A stretch of DNA of 64,000 bases from Paraspadella gotoi (Eukaryota > Animalia > Chaetognatha). The notes under the pieces are model-generated. The model was given only the letters and a program-made list of their open reading frames with translations. It had not been told where the DNA came from and ran no database searches. How positions within the stretch are numbered: the first letter of the stretch is position 1; each line of letters starts with the position of its first letter. Shown here in pieces: positions 14,141 to 28,752 of the stretch. The stretch covers positions 2,095,535 through 2,159,534 of the forward strand of contig CM119270.1 of the NCBI GenBank assembly GCA_051294375.1, read 5' to 3'. A program made the translations under genes and the position numbers.

Positions 14141-14982
14141 ATTAAGAAACATTTCCATTTTCATTTGAGAAAGGGAGAGAGCTAATGAGGAAAGACGAGA
14201 GAGAGACGAGAGGAGGAGAGAGAGAGAGAGAGAGAGAGATATCTTCCATCTGCGCTGCGCAGTAACTGTGATAAAAACGATTTTCGCCTTCAAACGCGTC
14301 AAGACGATTTGCATACATTTTTTACCGGAATAAAAGGTCACACATAACGAGTTCACACATAAAGTTGAGAGACGGAGACTTGAAGTAAAGATTTTTCACC
14401 GAAGAGAATCACGTTTGGACTCAAATCTTCGGGTCTCACGTTTGGATTATAAATTTGTGAAGGTGATTCGTGGTGCAAAGATTTCGAGAGGTAACGATAA
14501 TGGACAGATCACATTACGTCGCACGTCACCTTTCACTCGGCCAATGTACCAAAAATCATCATCAGATAGTATTTATAGTATTATATAGTTTACTATGTAA
14601 TAAAATATGTTGTGTACGCAACATCGAGAAATCACAGTTACTTGTTCTTTTCACACAGATGTCAAAATCTATCTCGTGACTTAAGCTCACATCTCGGGCA
14701 TTTAGGGCCTCAGCAAAAAAAAATTCAGCGTCTCACCCGTGAAAGAACATCTTCCATCTTACGTACAACGTAACATATAACATCTCACACCTCACTATTA
14801 ACTTCCCACGTTTCTCATCTCACATCTCACATCTCACTTCTCACAGTTCACGGAGAAAAACCCTGGGAAGGAATCGAGAATGAAAAATGCAAAGGAGAAA
14901 GGAGATTCTGTGAGCAGAAGGACGTTGAAGAGACAGGAGAGAGAGAGAGAGAGAGAGCGAAGATGAGAAAGAGCGAAGAGAT

Positions 14983-15053
<71 letters not shown>

Positions 15054-15185
15054 TAGAGTTATAGAATCTTAAAAAAATCCCACTTTTTTTTCTCTCGAAT
15101 GTGTCAAATGCTAACTCGTAGCATTTGCCACGAAGGGAGAGAGATAGAAAAAAAACTTTGCGAACATAATCAAATATTTATTTCT

Positions 15186-16099
15186 TTTTTATCGAGCAAT
15201 GACCGGCGAAGCTTCGGGGTCAGGCTCCTATAATGTTTTAGGGATTGCTCTCTTTTGTGACGTCGCTCGTCGTGTCGTCGTCGTCACGCCTGTTTTCATA
15301 TATTAAAAACACTACTACGCTTTATCAGGTTTGGCTGTGGACTTAACCGTTTTTCTTTTTAAAATAAAAATTTATGTATCGAATTATGATAAAGTTTTTA
15401 CAAAAAGTTGTGCGATATAGTAAGTGTTACAAAATTCAGACTTATTGGCTTTTCATCTTGAAAAATAGCTGTGATTCTTTTCATATTACATGGATTTAGT
15501 ATTTTTTGTGTTGAATTATCCACTTCATTATGATTTACTGCCAATATGCAATATGGAAATTATAGGTACTCATTTATATATCCAAATTGTAGTAATAGTA
15601 AATGCCTTTAAGCATTTTACATATTGCAGTATATTAATATGAAGCATCGAAATTCAAAAATTTTTTTTTAACATTTCTATAAAATGGGAACTCAAAGACT
15701 CTTTTAATGAGAAAGCTATATTCTAATTTTCAATACAAATAATAAATAAATATCTTTACAAGCTGCGATTGGAAAAAATTCGGAAAAGTTTTCCAATTGT
15801 TTAAAACCATGTGTAACATTTTTGCCTTTCTTTTTATTTTTTTTTCAATTATATATATTTTTTTTTAGGCGCTTCGCCTTTTCTGAATCGTTTTAAAAAC
15901 GAGTTTATTTTCTCTCTGTCTCTCTTTGTGTGCGATCTCTTGCTGTGATCGTTGCGTTTTTTTGAACAAATTGCTGATTCTATTTTTCTTCTAAAAAAAT
16001 ATACTATTAGTGATCAGGGCGCTTGCCTTTTCTGGAAGTGCTTTTAAAACGAAAACCGACGATTCAGGCTCTCCTCTCTTCTCCCTCCGTCTCCCTCCG

Positions 16100-16131
<32 letters not shown>

Positions 16132-16400
16132 TTACCAATAAAAAAAATCTAGTCACGTTGCTTTTACCACCCCGTATTTTCCGAAATTCTTTTAATCTAT
16201 TTCTTTCCTTCTAAAAACTTTTATTATCCCATATCTATTCCGCCGCTTTCTTTCTCAATGCACAAAATCCAAATTTTACATCTCTGAGATTTCTTGATCT
16301 TTTTTTTGAAGCAAAATGTGAAGAAAACCTTACTTGACCTGCGATTTCGTGGCCGCTTCGGCGGCGAGGGGCCAACGAGCTACAAACCAATGATCAGGAA
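15186..16400 (+). mobile_element. Possible non-autonomous Helentron/DINE-like (HINE-type) insertion
   Basis: Starts in a T-run (tttttt|atcgagcaatgacc...), has a short 5' stem (gacc...ggtc), ctataatgtttt then a (cgt)n tract, and a distal hairpin gccgc-ttcg-gcggc (16352-16365). The left flank recurs at 16543-16590 without this sequence. Right boundary uncertain; family call is inference from architecture. Confidence 0.3.
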
Positions 16401-16877
16401 CATGACCCTGNNNNNNNNNNNNNNNNNNNNNNNNNTGGTCGGTTTCACAATGACTAAACTCCGTAGCAACTTTGCCACGAAGGAGAGATAGAAGAAGATG
16501 CAACATGAAAAAATTATTACTTTATCGGAGCAGAGGGGAACTGAGAGATAGAAAAAAAAAAACTTTGCGAACATAATCAAAATATTTATTTATTTTTTTT
16601 TTTTTTTGGTTTTTTGGGAAATAATCTCCATGGAAAAGTCGTGTGTGATTTTTTTGTGCCATCTTGTTGTTGTTGTTGTTGTTGTTTTGTCGTCGTCGTC
16701 GTCAACATCGTCTACATAATCACTTCCCATTATTCCGAGCGTTTTCCTCTGGCTCTTTGCTCTAGTATAAATGCTTTTTCATCGCATAGCTTGTTGTCGT
16801 GTATGATTTTTGTCAGAGAGGGAGAGAAGAGAGAGAAGAGAGAGAGAGATGAGAGGAGAAGAGAGAGATAGAGAGAG

Positions 16878-16916
<39 letters not shown>

Positions 16917-17200
16917 AGAAAAGACAGTAGATGAGAGAGATAGAGAGAGAGAGACTGAGAGAGAGAGAGAAGAGAGATGAGAGAGAGAGAAGAGAGAGAA
17001 GAGAGAAAAGGGAAAAAGAAAGAAAAATTCTTTTTTTATTTTTTTAAAGAGAAAAACGGAGAAATAGACGAATAGAATGCCAGCAGAGAGAGGAATAGAG
17101 AAGAGATGAAGGAGAGGAGAGAGAAGAAGAGAGAAGAGGAGAGCATGAGGAGAGCATGGATTAGGAGAGAGAGATAGAGATGAGATGAGAGAGTAGAGAG

Positions 17201-17231
<31 letters not shown>

Positions 17232-17464
17232 GAGAGAGATGGATTACGGAGAGATGAGACAGAGAGAGAAGAGGATGAAGAGAGAGAGAGATTGAGATGA
17301 AGAGAAGGAGTAGAGAGAGAGAGAGATAGAGAGAAAGAGAGAGAGAGGAGAGAAGAATACGAGAGAGATGAGAAGAGAGAGGAGAGAGAAGAGAGGAGAG
17401 AGATTAGAGAGAGAGAGAAAGAGAGTTGAGGAGAGGAGAGAGAGAGAGATGAGACGAGATAGAG

Positions 17465-17524
<60 letters not shown>

Positions 17525-17924
17525 AGGAGAGAGAGAGAGTAGAGAGAGAGAGATAGAGAGAGAGAGAGAAGAGAGAAGATAGAGAGAGAGAGAGAGGAGA
17601 GAGAGAGAGCAGATAGAGAGGAGAGATAAGAGAGAGAGGAGAGAGAGAGGAGAGAAGAGAGAGAAGAGAGAGAGAGAGAGAGAAGAGAGAGAGAGGAGCA
17701 GTTGCGGTTCATTATCCTCGTTCTGGGAATGAACTTCCGTTGCTGTTAGTCGCGTTCATTAAAAATGATGCGGGACTTAATTTAAATAAATTTAAACAAA
17801 ATTAAAAAAAGATTTATATAATACTTTTGATCCTTTTTTAATAAAATATGTTGACAAAATGAAACGTATCAAAGAATGAGGGAGTTGGTTGAACCTGCAA
17901 AGCGCAATACTCTTTACAAATCAC

Positions 17925-17988
<64 letters not shown>

Positions 17989-17994
17989 AATATT

Positions 17995-18237
17995 ATGTCT
18001 CGATACGGTATGCTTGAATGTGGTAAAAACTTCAAAGGCTCTCTTCCAGAACAGTGCGGGTTCTGTAAAGTTCAAGACGACGAAAAATGGAAGCACATAA
18101 ACATTTTTACAGAAAAAGATAAAACGCCATTTGAGTTTATCTTTTTAAATAACAGTGAAAAATTACATTTAACTATTGATAAAGTAACTTCTGTGTGGAA
18201 CATAAAAAACGGAAACGGTTTAATGATAACTCAATGA
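17995..18237 (+). mobile_element. 5'-truncated non-LTR retrotransposon (LINE-like) remnant: C-terminal Cys-containing end of the reverse-transcriptase ORF
   Basis: MSRYGMLECGKNFKGSLPEQCGFCKVQDDE-KWKHIN...IDKVTSVWNIKNGNGLM* resembles the post-RT C-terminus (RYGML-CG-NFKG...CxxC...DDE-H) of invertebrate LINE ORF2 proteins (recognised from memory); the H/C part of the knuckle appears deleted. Starts abruptly after (CT)n and is followed by AT-rich 3'UTR-like DNA. Confidence 0.6.
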
Positions 18238-18404
18238 CGAATTTAAATTACTTTTATACTTGTAATTTATGTAGACTTAATACCTTTTTTTTGTTTGTAC
18301 ATAAATTTATTTACCGCTCTGTAACAATATGTTTTGTTAATGTGTTAACTGTCACATTTTTGAGCATTACATATCAAAATCAGTCAAATCTCTCTTTCTC
18401 TCTT

Positions 18405-18460
<56 letters not shown>

Positions 18461-18729
18461 TCACTTTCCAATTCCCACCTTGTTATCAAAAAAATCGGGT
18501 CCCCAGTAATAAATTTCGGATTCTTTTGCGGAATGAATCAGTGATCCTTGAAAATGAAAGAAAAAAGCTGTGGAAAAAAGGAAAAGAAATAAGGAAAAGA
18601 AATAAGGAAAAGAAATAAGGAAAAGAAATTGGATGAAAGTTGAGACGCGGAAATTGTAGAAACTAAGATAGAAAGATGGAAAGAAAGATAGAGAGAAAGA
18701 AAGAAAGAAAGAAAGAAAAGACAGAAATA

Positions 18730-18773
<44 letters not shown>

Positions 18774-18949
18774 AAAGACAGAAATAAAAACAGAAATAAC
18801 AGAAAGAAAGAAAGAAAACGAAAGTGAGACGGTATAAAATTCGCTTCTTCACATTGACTTTGCCTTGACTCGGTCCTAACTCGGGATTACGACGGTTTTG
18901 AGTTTCGCCTTGCCACGCCTCCTTCGCCCGGCGTCTCTCNNNNNNNNNN

Positions 18950-18984
<35 letters not shown>

Positions 18985-19144
18985 CCGAGAATCTTCATCT
19001 TTTGATGTCAGTTTCGTTTCCTTGACGAGATTTTCTTGTTTGTCTTTCATCTTTCTTTCTTTTTCTCAGAATTTCCTTCCATTTCTAGATCCTTTAGTCG
19101 CGAAGAACATTTTTCCTTTGATGAATATATTTTTTTCATTTGCT

Positions 19145-19475
19145 GGCCTTACCTTTCCTTGCCTACACTTCCTCACTTTGCCAACACTTTCCTACTTTAC
19201 CCACACTTACCTTCTTTGTCCACTTTTACCCGCTTTACCCACGTTTCCCCACATTGCCCATAATTTTCCACTTTGCCAAGACCTTCCTACTTTGTCCACA
19301 ATTCTGTGCTTTGCCCACACTTCTCCTTTTTTCCAAGACTTCCCGAATTTGCCTACACTTTCCCACGTTGTCCATACTTCCTTTCTTTACCCACACTTTC
19401 CAACATTGCCAACACTTCCCTACTTCGCCCACACTTCTCTTCTTTACCCACACTTCCCCACTTTGCCAAGATTTT
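19145..19475. repeat. 19-bp minisatellite (TTCCCACTTTGCCCACACT-like, ~17 units)
   Basis: Periodic degenerate units visible directly; explains the overlapping PT/LP-rich ORFs. Confidence 0.8.
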
Positions 19476-19794
19476 CCGGCCTTTTTCTCGTCCCACCTGG
19501 ATTTCCATCCGCCCGAAGCGGATTTGCAAAATTTCCTTGACCCGATTTCGCCCCAAGGCAGAAAAGGTTCCTTTCATAATTTCATCTCGAGATGAATTTT
19601 TGCCCTGATCGATTTTATTCAGAATTTATGTGATTTAAAAAATGCACAAGTTGTGCTAGGATATTACAGCTCTGTGAATCATCATCGCTTAAAATGTAGA
19701 TTGAAAGTAGTCAAGCAGTCCAGTAGTCAACTAGCTGTCAACTTGTCTTGTAGTTTACCAAAGTTACACTCGATAAAAGTTGTAGAAAGGTTTG

Positions 19795-19945
19795 CAGGCA
19801 GACAGAATAGTAATCAGACAGACAGTGTGGCCAAGTTGCAGACAGGAAGAGCTCCAGTCATCAAAGCAGCAGTCAGACAGAGTTGCAGTCAGGCAGAGTT
19901 GCACTTAGGCAGAGTTGCAGTCAGCCAGAGTTGCAGTCTGACGCG
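19795..19945. repeat. 16-bp minisatellite (AGTCAGGCAGAGTTGC)
   Basis: Four clear units at ~19871-19935 plus degenerate upstream units. Confidence 0.75.
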
Positions 19946-20065
19946 TTGTAGATTCCAGTTGAGAAACGAGGTCATCACTCGAGGAGTCAAATCGTGTGAC
20001 GATCAGTTTTCTCAGCAGGACAAGAGTCAGAAAAAAACCTCTCTGGTTATCGCTCTCTGGTTTGA

Positions 20066-20118
<53 letters not shown>

Positions 20119-20189
20119 TTCGTTTTTTTCTACTTTTAATTTTCCACCTTTCCTTATTTTTCTTTTTTTCCTTCTTTCTCATTTTATTC

Positions 20190-20233
<44 letters not shown>

Positions 20234-20584
20234 TTTCTTTCTTTCTTCTTTCTTTCTTTCTTTCTTTCTTTCTTCTTCTTTTCTTTCTTTCTTTCTTTTC
20301 TTATTTCAATTTTTCTTTCTTTTTTTTCTAATTTTTTTTCTTTCTTTATTTTATATTCTTTTTTTCTTTATTCCTATCTCTTTCTTTCATGTTATCTTTC
20401 TTTCCTTTCTCTTTTTAACTTTAAATCTTACTATCTTTCTTTCCCACCCCGCTTGCTTCGAGGCAACAAAAGCAATTTTAAGCTTTTAACGGGAGTATTA
20501 ACCGGGTCTACGTTAGAAATAGAAGAGAGAGAGAAGAAGTCTCTTGAGGACTGTAGAGGAGGTACCATCATGAGAGACGAAGAA

Positions 20585-20627
<43 letters not shown>

Positions 20628-20669
20628 GGAGAGAGAGAGAGAGAGACGAGAGAGAGTTTAGGTTCGTCC

Positions 20670-20830
20670 TCACGTCATCCTTTTGTGTCACAATTTTTTT
20701 TTCTTTCTCATCCAAACTGGGGTCACACGTTACGCGCATGCGCTCACGTGCAGCGACTCAATATCGAACGTGAATGCGCGTCAGCCGACGGGAAAGACGC
20801 GTCGATTAATCGCTTTTTCCCGATCGGCTT
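20670..20830. promoter_or_regulatory. CpG-rich patch with NRF1 palindrome and E-box
   Basis: GCGCATGCGC at 20734-20743 followed directly by CACGTG at 20745-20750. Motif evidence only. Confidence 0.25.
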
Positions 20831-21337
20831 ATGATGTGAATTTATCGATTTCCTTGACTTTTAAAAGTAAAGAGACGAAGTCTGGATTTCAAGTCTTCAT
20901 TTACTTTTATAAGATGTATTTTCTTTGGCTTTTTTTCCACCTCCTATACTTTAAAGGTTCGTTAATAATTATAAATACTTTTAAATAAATGTATTTATCG
21001 ATATCGATTAGTATCTATATTGATCACTAAAAACTTAATATTCATCGCGAATCTATGCACATTTTATCCACGAAATTATTTTTTTTTTCATATTTCTATT
21101 TTCGCAATTTTATTTTAATAACTGCACTTTAATAAATCATAGATTTTCATAGACTGTCTGATCGCAAACTGTTTCAAAAGTAAGGAAAATAAGCAAAGTG
21201 CGTGGACACCGAAAAAATACTACGAAACATCCGTACGGAAGCTAAAAAGGTCTCCAGAAAATTCCAGGATTCTAGTTTTCAATAAACCACAGGATTTTCT
21301 CTTTTTATTCCTTTCGTTTTTTTCATTCCACGTTCCA

Positions 21338-21464
<127 letters not shown>

Positions 21465-22207
21465 TCTTCTCGGCCTGGATTTTTTCTCTCTTCCCGCGCA
21501 CAGAACAGAACGCGCGAAGCTAACGATAAAAAGGAAGATGGAAAACGAATCGAGTAACTTAACAAACTAACTAAAAAACAAACTAAACAAGAAATTTAAA
21601 ATTGGAAAAAAAAATATTAAAATAATTAAGAATTGGGAAATAATACCAAAGAAAAGGCAAAAAAAATAATATACATTAATAAGCCTTCATTAATTTAGAA
21701 GCCAGCAACTCTGGGGGAAAAGAAACGAGACTGTGAGAGAAAGCTTGCAGGGTCCTCCATCTTGTAAGAGTGATGGAGTCAAAAGTCAGAAGCGAAATAG
21801 CCTATTTATTTGTCGTTCTATTTTCAAAGCATTGACAAAGATTTTCTCTTGAATTTAGGCAAGAAAAAAATAATAAAAATAATAAAAATGCAGCAAAAAA
21901 AACAAAAAACAAAAACCCTTAAATAGTCAAAGACAAACTGGACATCGCAAAAGCAATGTTCTCTTGCCAATTCCCATCTGAAACCAAATAAAAGAAATTG
22001 GCGGCAGCAAAAAAAAAAAAAAAAAAGACTCTTTCAACAATTCCACCATCAGCTCCTCCTCTTCCTCTTCCTCGTCCTCTTCCTCATCCTCCCTTAATGG
22101 CCCCTTCACGCCGGTCAAATCCAGATTCAGTGGAGAAACTTGTTATTTGTTGTTTTTTATGGTTTTTTGGTTGGAATCGTTGGTCGACAAAGCGAAGCTG
22201 AGTCCTA

Positions 22208-22620
22208 GTCGCTGAATGTTAGACCTTGGCAAGAATGCGACCCATTCGATCCTAATCGCTGAATGCTAGACCTTGGCAAGAATGTGACCCATTCAATTCT
22301 AAACGCTGAATCCTAGACCTTGGCAAGAATGCGACCCATTCAATTCTAATCACTGAATGTTTTATACCTGCCAGAAATGCAACCCATTCAACCAAAAGCA
22401 AAGCTGAATGTTAGTCTTCGAATGCAGGTAACTGAATGTCAGTCCCTGCCGAGAATGCAACCCATTCAATCGAATGAGAAACTTAATGTTAATCGCTGAA
22501 TGTTAGTCCCAGCCAAGAATGCGACCGTTTCAATTAAGGGCCAAGCTGAATATTCGTACCTGCCAGATATGCAACCCATTCAACCTAAAGAAAAGCTGAA
22601 AGTTAGTCCCTGGAATGCGA
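22208..22620. repeat. 47-bp minisatellite (~8-9 degenerating units, ATCGCTGAATGCTAGACCTTGGCAAGAATGCGACCCATTCAATTCTA)
   Basis: GCTGAAT recurs at 22211, 22258 and ~22305; re-copied noisily at ~23925-24355 and inverted at ~36430-36935. Confidence 0.85.
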
Positions 22621-23199
22621 TCCAGACAATCTCAAGGAAAGACGAAAGTTAGTCGTTGCCTGGAAGGCAATTCATACAATCCACCCTTCCGTCTATCTAT
22701 CTGTTCATCCCTCCACCCTTCTATCCAACCATCCATCCATCCATCCATCATTTTAATTTCTCATTTTTTGTTCCTTCGTAATCAAACTCCCTTCGTCTCC
22801 ATTTTTTTATCGGGTCGGTCCGTCCGTCCGTCCGTCCTTCCGTCCCTCGATTTCATTGTCAGTCTCCCGCGATTTAAATCCCTCTCGATTTCCTCATATT
22901 TTTCTCTCTCTCTTTGTCCATTCTTAGATTCAGTCAGTCACTGTCCCTCTGTTTGGTCTTTTAGAGTCTCTGCGATCTCGCAGCGTGGGTCCGAGTATCT
23001 CACACTGCTTGCGATATGCTCTCGTCTACTGGAGCTCTGCTCTCTTCTCTCTCGTTCTCTTCTCTCCTTCGTCTCCTCTAGTCTCGGATCGTCGTCGGGT
23101 CGGTCTCTGCCTCTCGGTTGTCTTCCTCGAAGATAGAGTTTTCTTGCCGTCCTCTTCCCCGTGTGATCGCGGCGCGAGCAGAAACGACAGACGCGGCGG

Positions 23200-24715
23200 A
23201 GAAGCTACGATAAAAAGGAAGGATGGAAAACGAATCGAGTAACTTAACAAACTAACTAACAAACAAAGCTAAACAAGAAATTTAAAATTGGAAAAAAAAA
23301 ATTAAAATAATTAAGAATTGGGAAATAATACCAAAGAAAAGGCAAAAAAAATAATATACATTAATAAGCCTTCATTAATTTAGAAGCCAGCAACTCTGGG
23401 GGAAGAAGAAACGAGACTGTGAGAGAAAGCTTGCAGGGTCTGCCATCTGTAAGGTGAGTGATGGAGTGCAAAAGTCAGGAAGGCGAAATAGCCTATTTTC
23501 GAATTAATGCTTAATTTTGGTCGTTCTATTTTCAAAGCATTGACAAAGATTTTCTCTTGAATTTAGGCAAGAAAAAAAAAAAAATAATAAAATGCAAGCA
23601 AAAAAAAAAAACAAAAAAAAACCCTCTTAAATAGTCAAAGACAAACGGACATGCCCGCAAAAGGCAATGTTCTCTGCCAATTACCCATTCTCTGAAACCA
23701 AATAAAGAAATTGGCGGCAGCAAAAAAAAGAGACTCTTTCAACAATTTCCACCATCAGGCTCCTCCTCTTGCCTCTTCCTCTCCTCTTCCTCCATCCCTG
23801 CACTTAATGGCCCGCCCTTCACGCCGGTCAAATCCAGATTCAGTGGAGAAACTTGTTATTTGTTGTGTTTTTTATGGTTTTTTTTGGTTGGAATCGTTGG
23901 TCGACAAAGCGAAGCTGAGTCCTAGTCGCTGAATGGTTAGAGCCACTTGGCCAAGAGAATGCGACCCATTCGATCCTAATCGCTGAATGCTTAGACCTTG
24001 GCAAGAATGGGCGCCACTTCAATTCTAATCGCTGAATCCTAGACCTTGGGGCAAGAATGCGACCGCATTCAATTCTAATCACTGAATGTTTTATACCTGC
24101 CAGAAAATGCAACCCATTCAACCAAAAGCAAAGCTGAAATGTTAGTCTTCGAATGCAGGTAACTGAATGTCAGTCCCTGCCGAGAATGCAACCCATTCAA
24201 TCGAATGAGAACCTTAATGTTAATCGCTGAAATGTTAGTCCCAGCCAAGAATGGCGACCGTTTCAATTAAGGGCCAAGCTGAATATTCGTACCTGCCAGA
24301 TATGCAACCCATTCAACCTAAAAGAAAAGCTGAAAGTTAGTCGCGCCTGGAATGCGATCCAAGACACATCTCAAGGAAAGACGAAAGTTAGTCGTTGCCT
24401 GGGAAGGCAATTCAATACAATCCACCTTCCGTCTATCTATCTGTTCATCCCTCCACCGCTTCTATGCCAACAGGCCATCCATCCATCCATCCATCATTTT
24501 TAATTTCTCATTTTTTTTGCTTCGTAATCAAACTCCTCTTCGTCTCCATTTTTTTATCGGGTCGGTCCGTCCGTCCGTCGCGTCTTACGGCGTCCCTCGA
24601 TTTCAATTGTCAGTCTCCCGCGATTTAAATCCCTCTCGATTTCCTCATATTTTTCTCTCTTCTCTTTGTCCATCGTCTTAGATTCAGTCAGTCACTGTCC
24701 CCTCTGTTTGGTCTT
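23200..24715 (+). repeat. Noisy direct copy of ~21515-22960
   Basis: gatggaaaacgaatcgagtaacttaac through gattcagtcagtcactgtcc repeated in order, with insertion-type noise. Confidence 0.9.
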
Positions 24716-24739
24716 TTCCCCCCCTCTCCACTTCTCTCT

Positions 24740-24791
<52 letters not shown>

Positions 24792-26609
24792 CTCGTCTGT
24801 CTCTCTCTCTCTCGTTATCAGTCCGTCCGTCGTCCGTCCTTCGTCAATCGTTGACCTCTTTGCTTAACGACTTTTTTTTTCCTTTTCCTCTTTTAAATTT
24901 CTTCTCCCCTTTGCTCCCTCGTTTGTTTTTCNNNNNNNNNNNNNNNNNNNNNNNNNCTTTTTCTCATCTCTCTCTCATCTCATCTCTCTCTCTCTCTCTC
25001 TCTCTCGTCTCTCTCTCTCTCTCTCGTCTCTCTGCGTCTCTCTCTCTCAGTCCGTCCGTCAGTCCGTCCTTCGGTCCATGTTTGACCTCTTTTGCTTAAC
25101 GACTTTATTTTTTTTTTCCTTTTCCTCTTTTTAAATTTCTTCTCCCCTTTCTCTCTTTTGTTTTTTATGTCTCGAGAATCTTTGTTTACTTTTCGAGGTC
25201 TCGTATAATTTCTTTCTTTTATTATTCATTTGAGTCGACATCTTATGCGTCACACGCCCCCCAACCCACCCCCCCGGCCGTCCTGCCCTTCGTGGTAAGT
25301 TCTGTATTTTTTCGTTGCTGTGACTTCGAGTGAAGTGGGGAATAAATATCCGTAAATGCGTTTTATCTCGAAATCAAAGAACAGAAGAATCTTAAGAGAT
25401 AAAACTCCGCTGGTTAAACGTGGTGAGAAAACCTCGCGAGAGGAAGAGAGTCTAATATTTTTTCACATAATCTTTGATTTCGTGATAAAAATCGCACCTC
25501 GCATACAAGGACAAAGAATATGAGACGATTGGAAAGAAAACTAAAATTATTTTAAAAAAAAAAAGAAAATTTTTTAAAAAAATTTTGAGAATATCGGACG
25601 ACGCATCTCATATATGATTCGAATTCAAAGGGAAAAAAATGAGAACAAAGGAGAAGGAAGGCGCAACATTTTATCCTTTTATCGATTTTAGTTCGTATCG
25701 GAGGAAAAAGAAGAAAACGAGAAATGGAGGAAAGAAAAGAAGAAAAAGGGAAAAAAGGGGAGAAAGAAAATGAAAAGATAAGAAAAGGGGGGGAAAATGG
25801 AGGAAAGAAAAGTGGAATCGGAAGGAAAAAAAGAGAATAACGAAAGAGGGAGGAAAGAGAAAGGAAAGAAAAGAGGAAAAGAAAGTGGAATAGGAGGAAA
25901 AGGGAAAAAATAATAACGAAAAAGGAGGAAAGAGGAATTAGAATGAAGAAATGGAAAAAAAATACGACAAAGGTAAGTAATGAAAAAAAGTTGGAAAAAT
26001 GGAGGAAAGTAAAAAAAAAAATAACGAAAAAATGGAGGAAATAGAAATAAAAGAAAATAAACGAAAGAGGAAAGAGAGAAAAAATAATTGAAATTGAGGT
26101 GAAATAGTAAATGAAACGAAAAATAAAGTAAAAAAGAGAAAAATAAGAATGAAAAATGAGAAAAAAAGAGGAGGAATATAAAAGAAAAACGCGATTGGTA
26201 ATACGAAGACCGTGTATCTAATTCATGAAGAAAAAGTAAAACGAGAAAACACACGTTGAGATCTGGTAATGAAAGATAAAAATGGAAAATTGAAAAAAAA
26301 TTAAAGAAATAAGATAAAAGTAGATGGAAGAATAGAAAAAAAAAGATACAAAGAAAGAAACCAAGAAAGAAGGAAAGAAAGAAAGAAAGAAAAATAAAGA
26401 AAATAAAAAAAGTAATGAAAAGAAAGAAAGAAAGAAAAGAAGAAAAGAAAGAAAGAAAGAAAAAGAAAGAAAGAAAGAAAGAAGAACGAAAGAAAGAAAG
26501 AAAGAAAGAAAGAAGAAAGAAAGACAAGTTGACCTTTAGTAGGAGCACAAGGAGCTGGAGCGAAACTCTCGGGCCAAAGAGGCTTAGATTTCCTCAAAAC
26601 ACGATTTTG

Positions 26610-28049
<1,440 letters not shown>

Positions 28050-28058
<9 letters not shown>

Positions 28059-28752
28059 ATTCGTAGCAAAAGTTTATTTTCATGAAATTAGAAACTACAA
28101 ATTTGTTTGGACGTTGACCTGAAATACCGATTTAATACATAGGGTGAACTTTCAATATGTGGCGAACGGTCATTAAACGCCAGAACGGAAATAGATNNNN
28201 NNNNNNNNNNNNNNNNNNNNNATAGAGGTGGCGGACCGTTTTCGCCAGGTGCGTCCACGCCTCTGACTGAGATTGTTTAGGTTGAATAATTAAAATTGTT
28301 CCAAGAACAAAGTCTTTATTTTGTTCATTAATTAAAAACAGAACCTTAATAAAATAATCAAAAGGCATATAGATATTCTATATGCATTAACAAGAATATA
28401 AAAATATGCAATATTGCTAAATGGCAATAAACAACATAAGAAACATTAATCAACATTAAATAAAACATAAACGTTAATAGACATGAACGATGGTGGAGAT
28501 GAATACTTTGTGAAGAGTTAAGGAATGAAACTTTGGAAAGGTAACAGGAATAAAGAAAACGCAATAATAAATGATACCACTAGAGTGATCTACATAACTT
28601 ATACATAATTATAGTGTTTCACTTGTTTTCAAGTATGTTATGGCTACAGAACTATATATAAGAAACTTGGGAATATTCCATATGTTAATTCTTTGTGTTG
28701 GCGTCTGCCACTGAGTCCGTGATCGTGGCTGGGAAAAAACGGGGTTCCAAGC
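28050..28752 (-). other. Candidate terminal exon plus 3'UTR of a minus-strand gene
   Basis: Acceptor ctttttctttatttgtag|GCTTGG at 28753/28752; all frames stop within ~150 nt; repeat-free AT-rich sequence follows with minus-strand AATAAA at 28315-28320, 28073-28078 and 28056-28061. Noisy inverted copy at ~33350-34140. Confidence 0.3.

Noticed and set aside
22208-24355. CRISPR-like array (47-bp units with hairpin)
   Set aside because: No unique spacers, no cas genes, eukaryotic context; an ordinary minisatellite.
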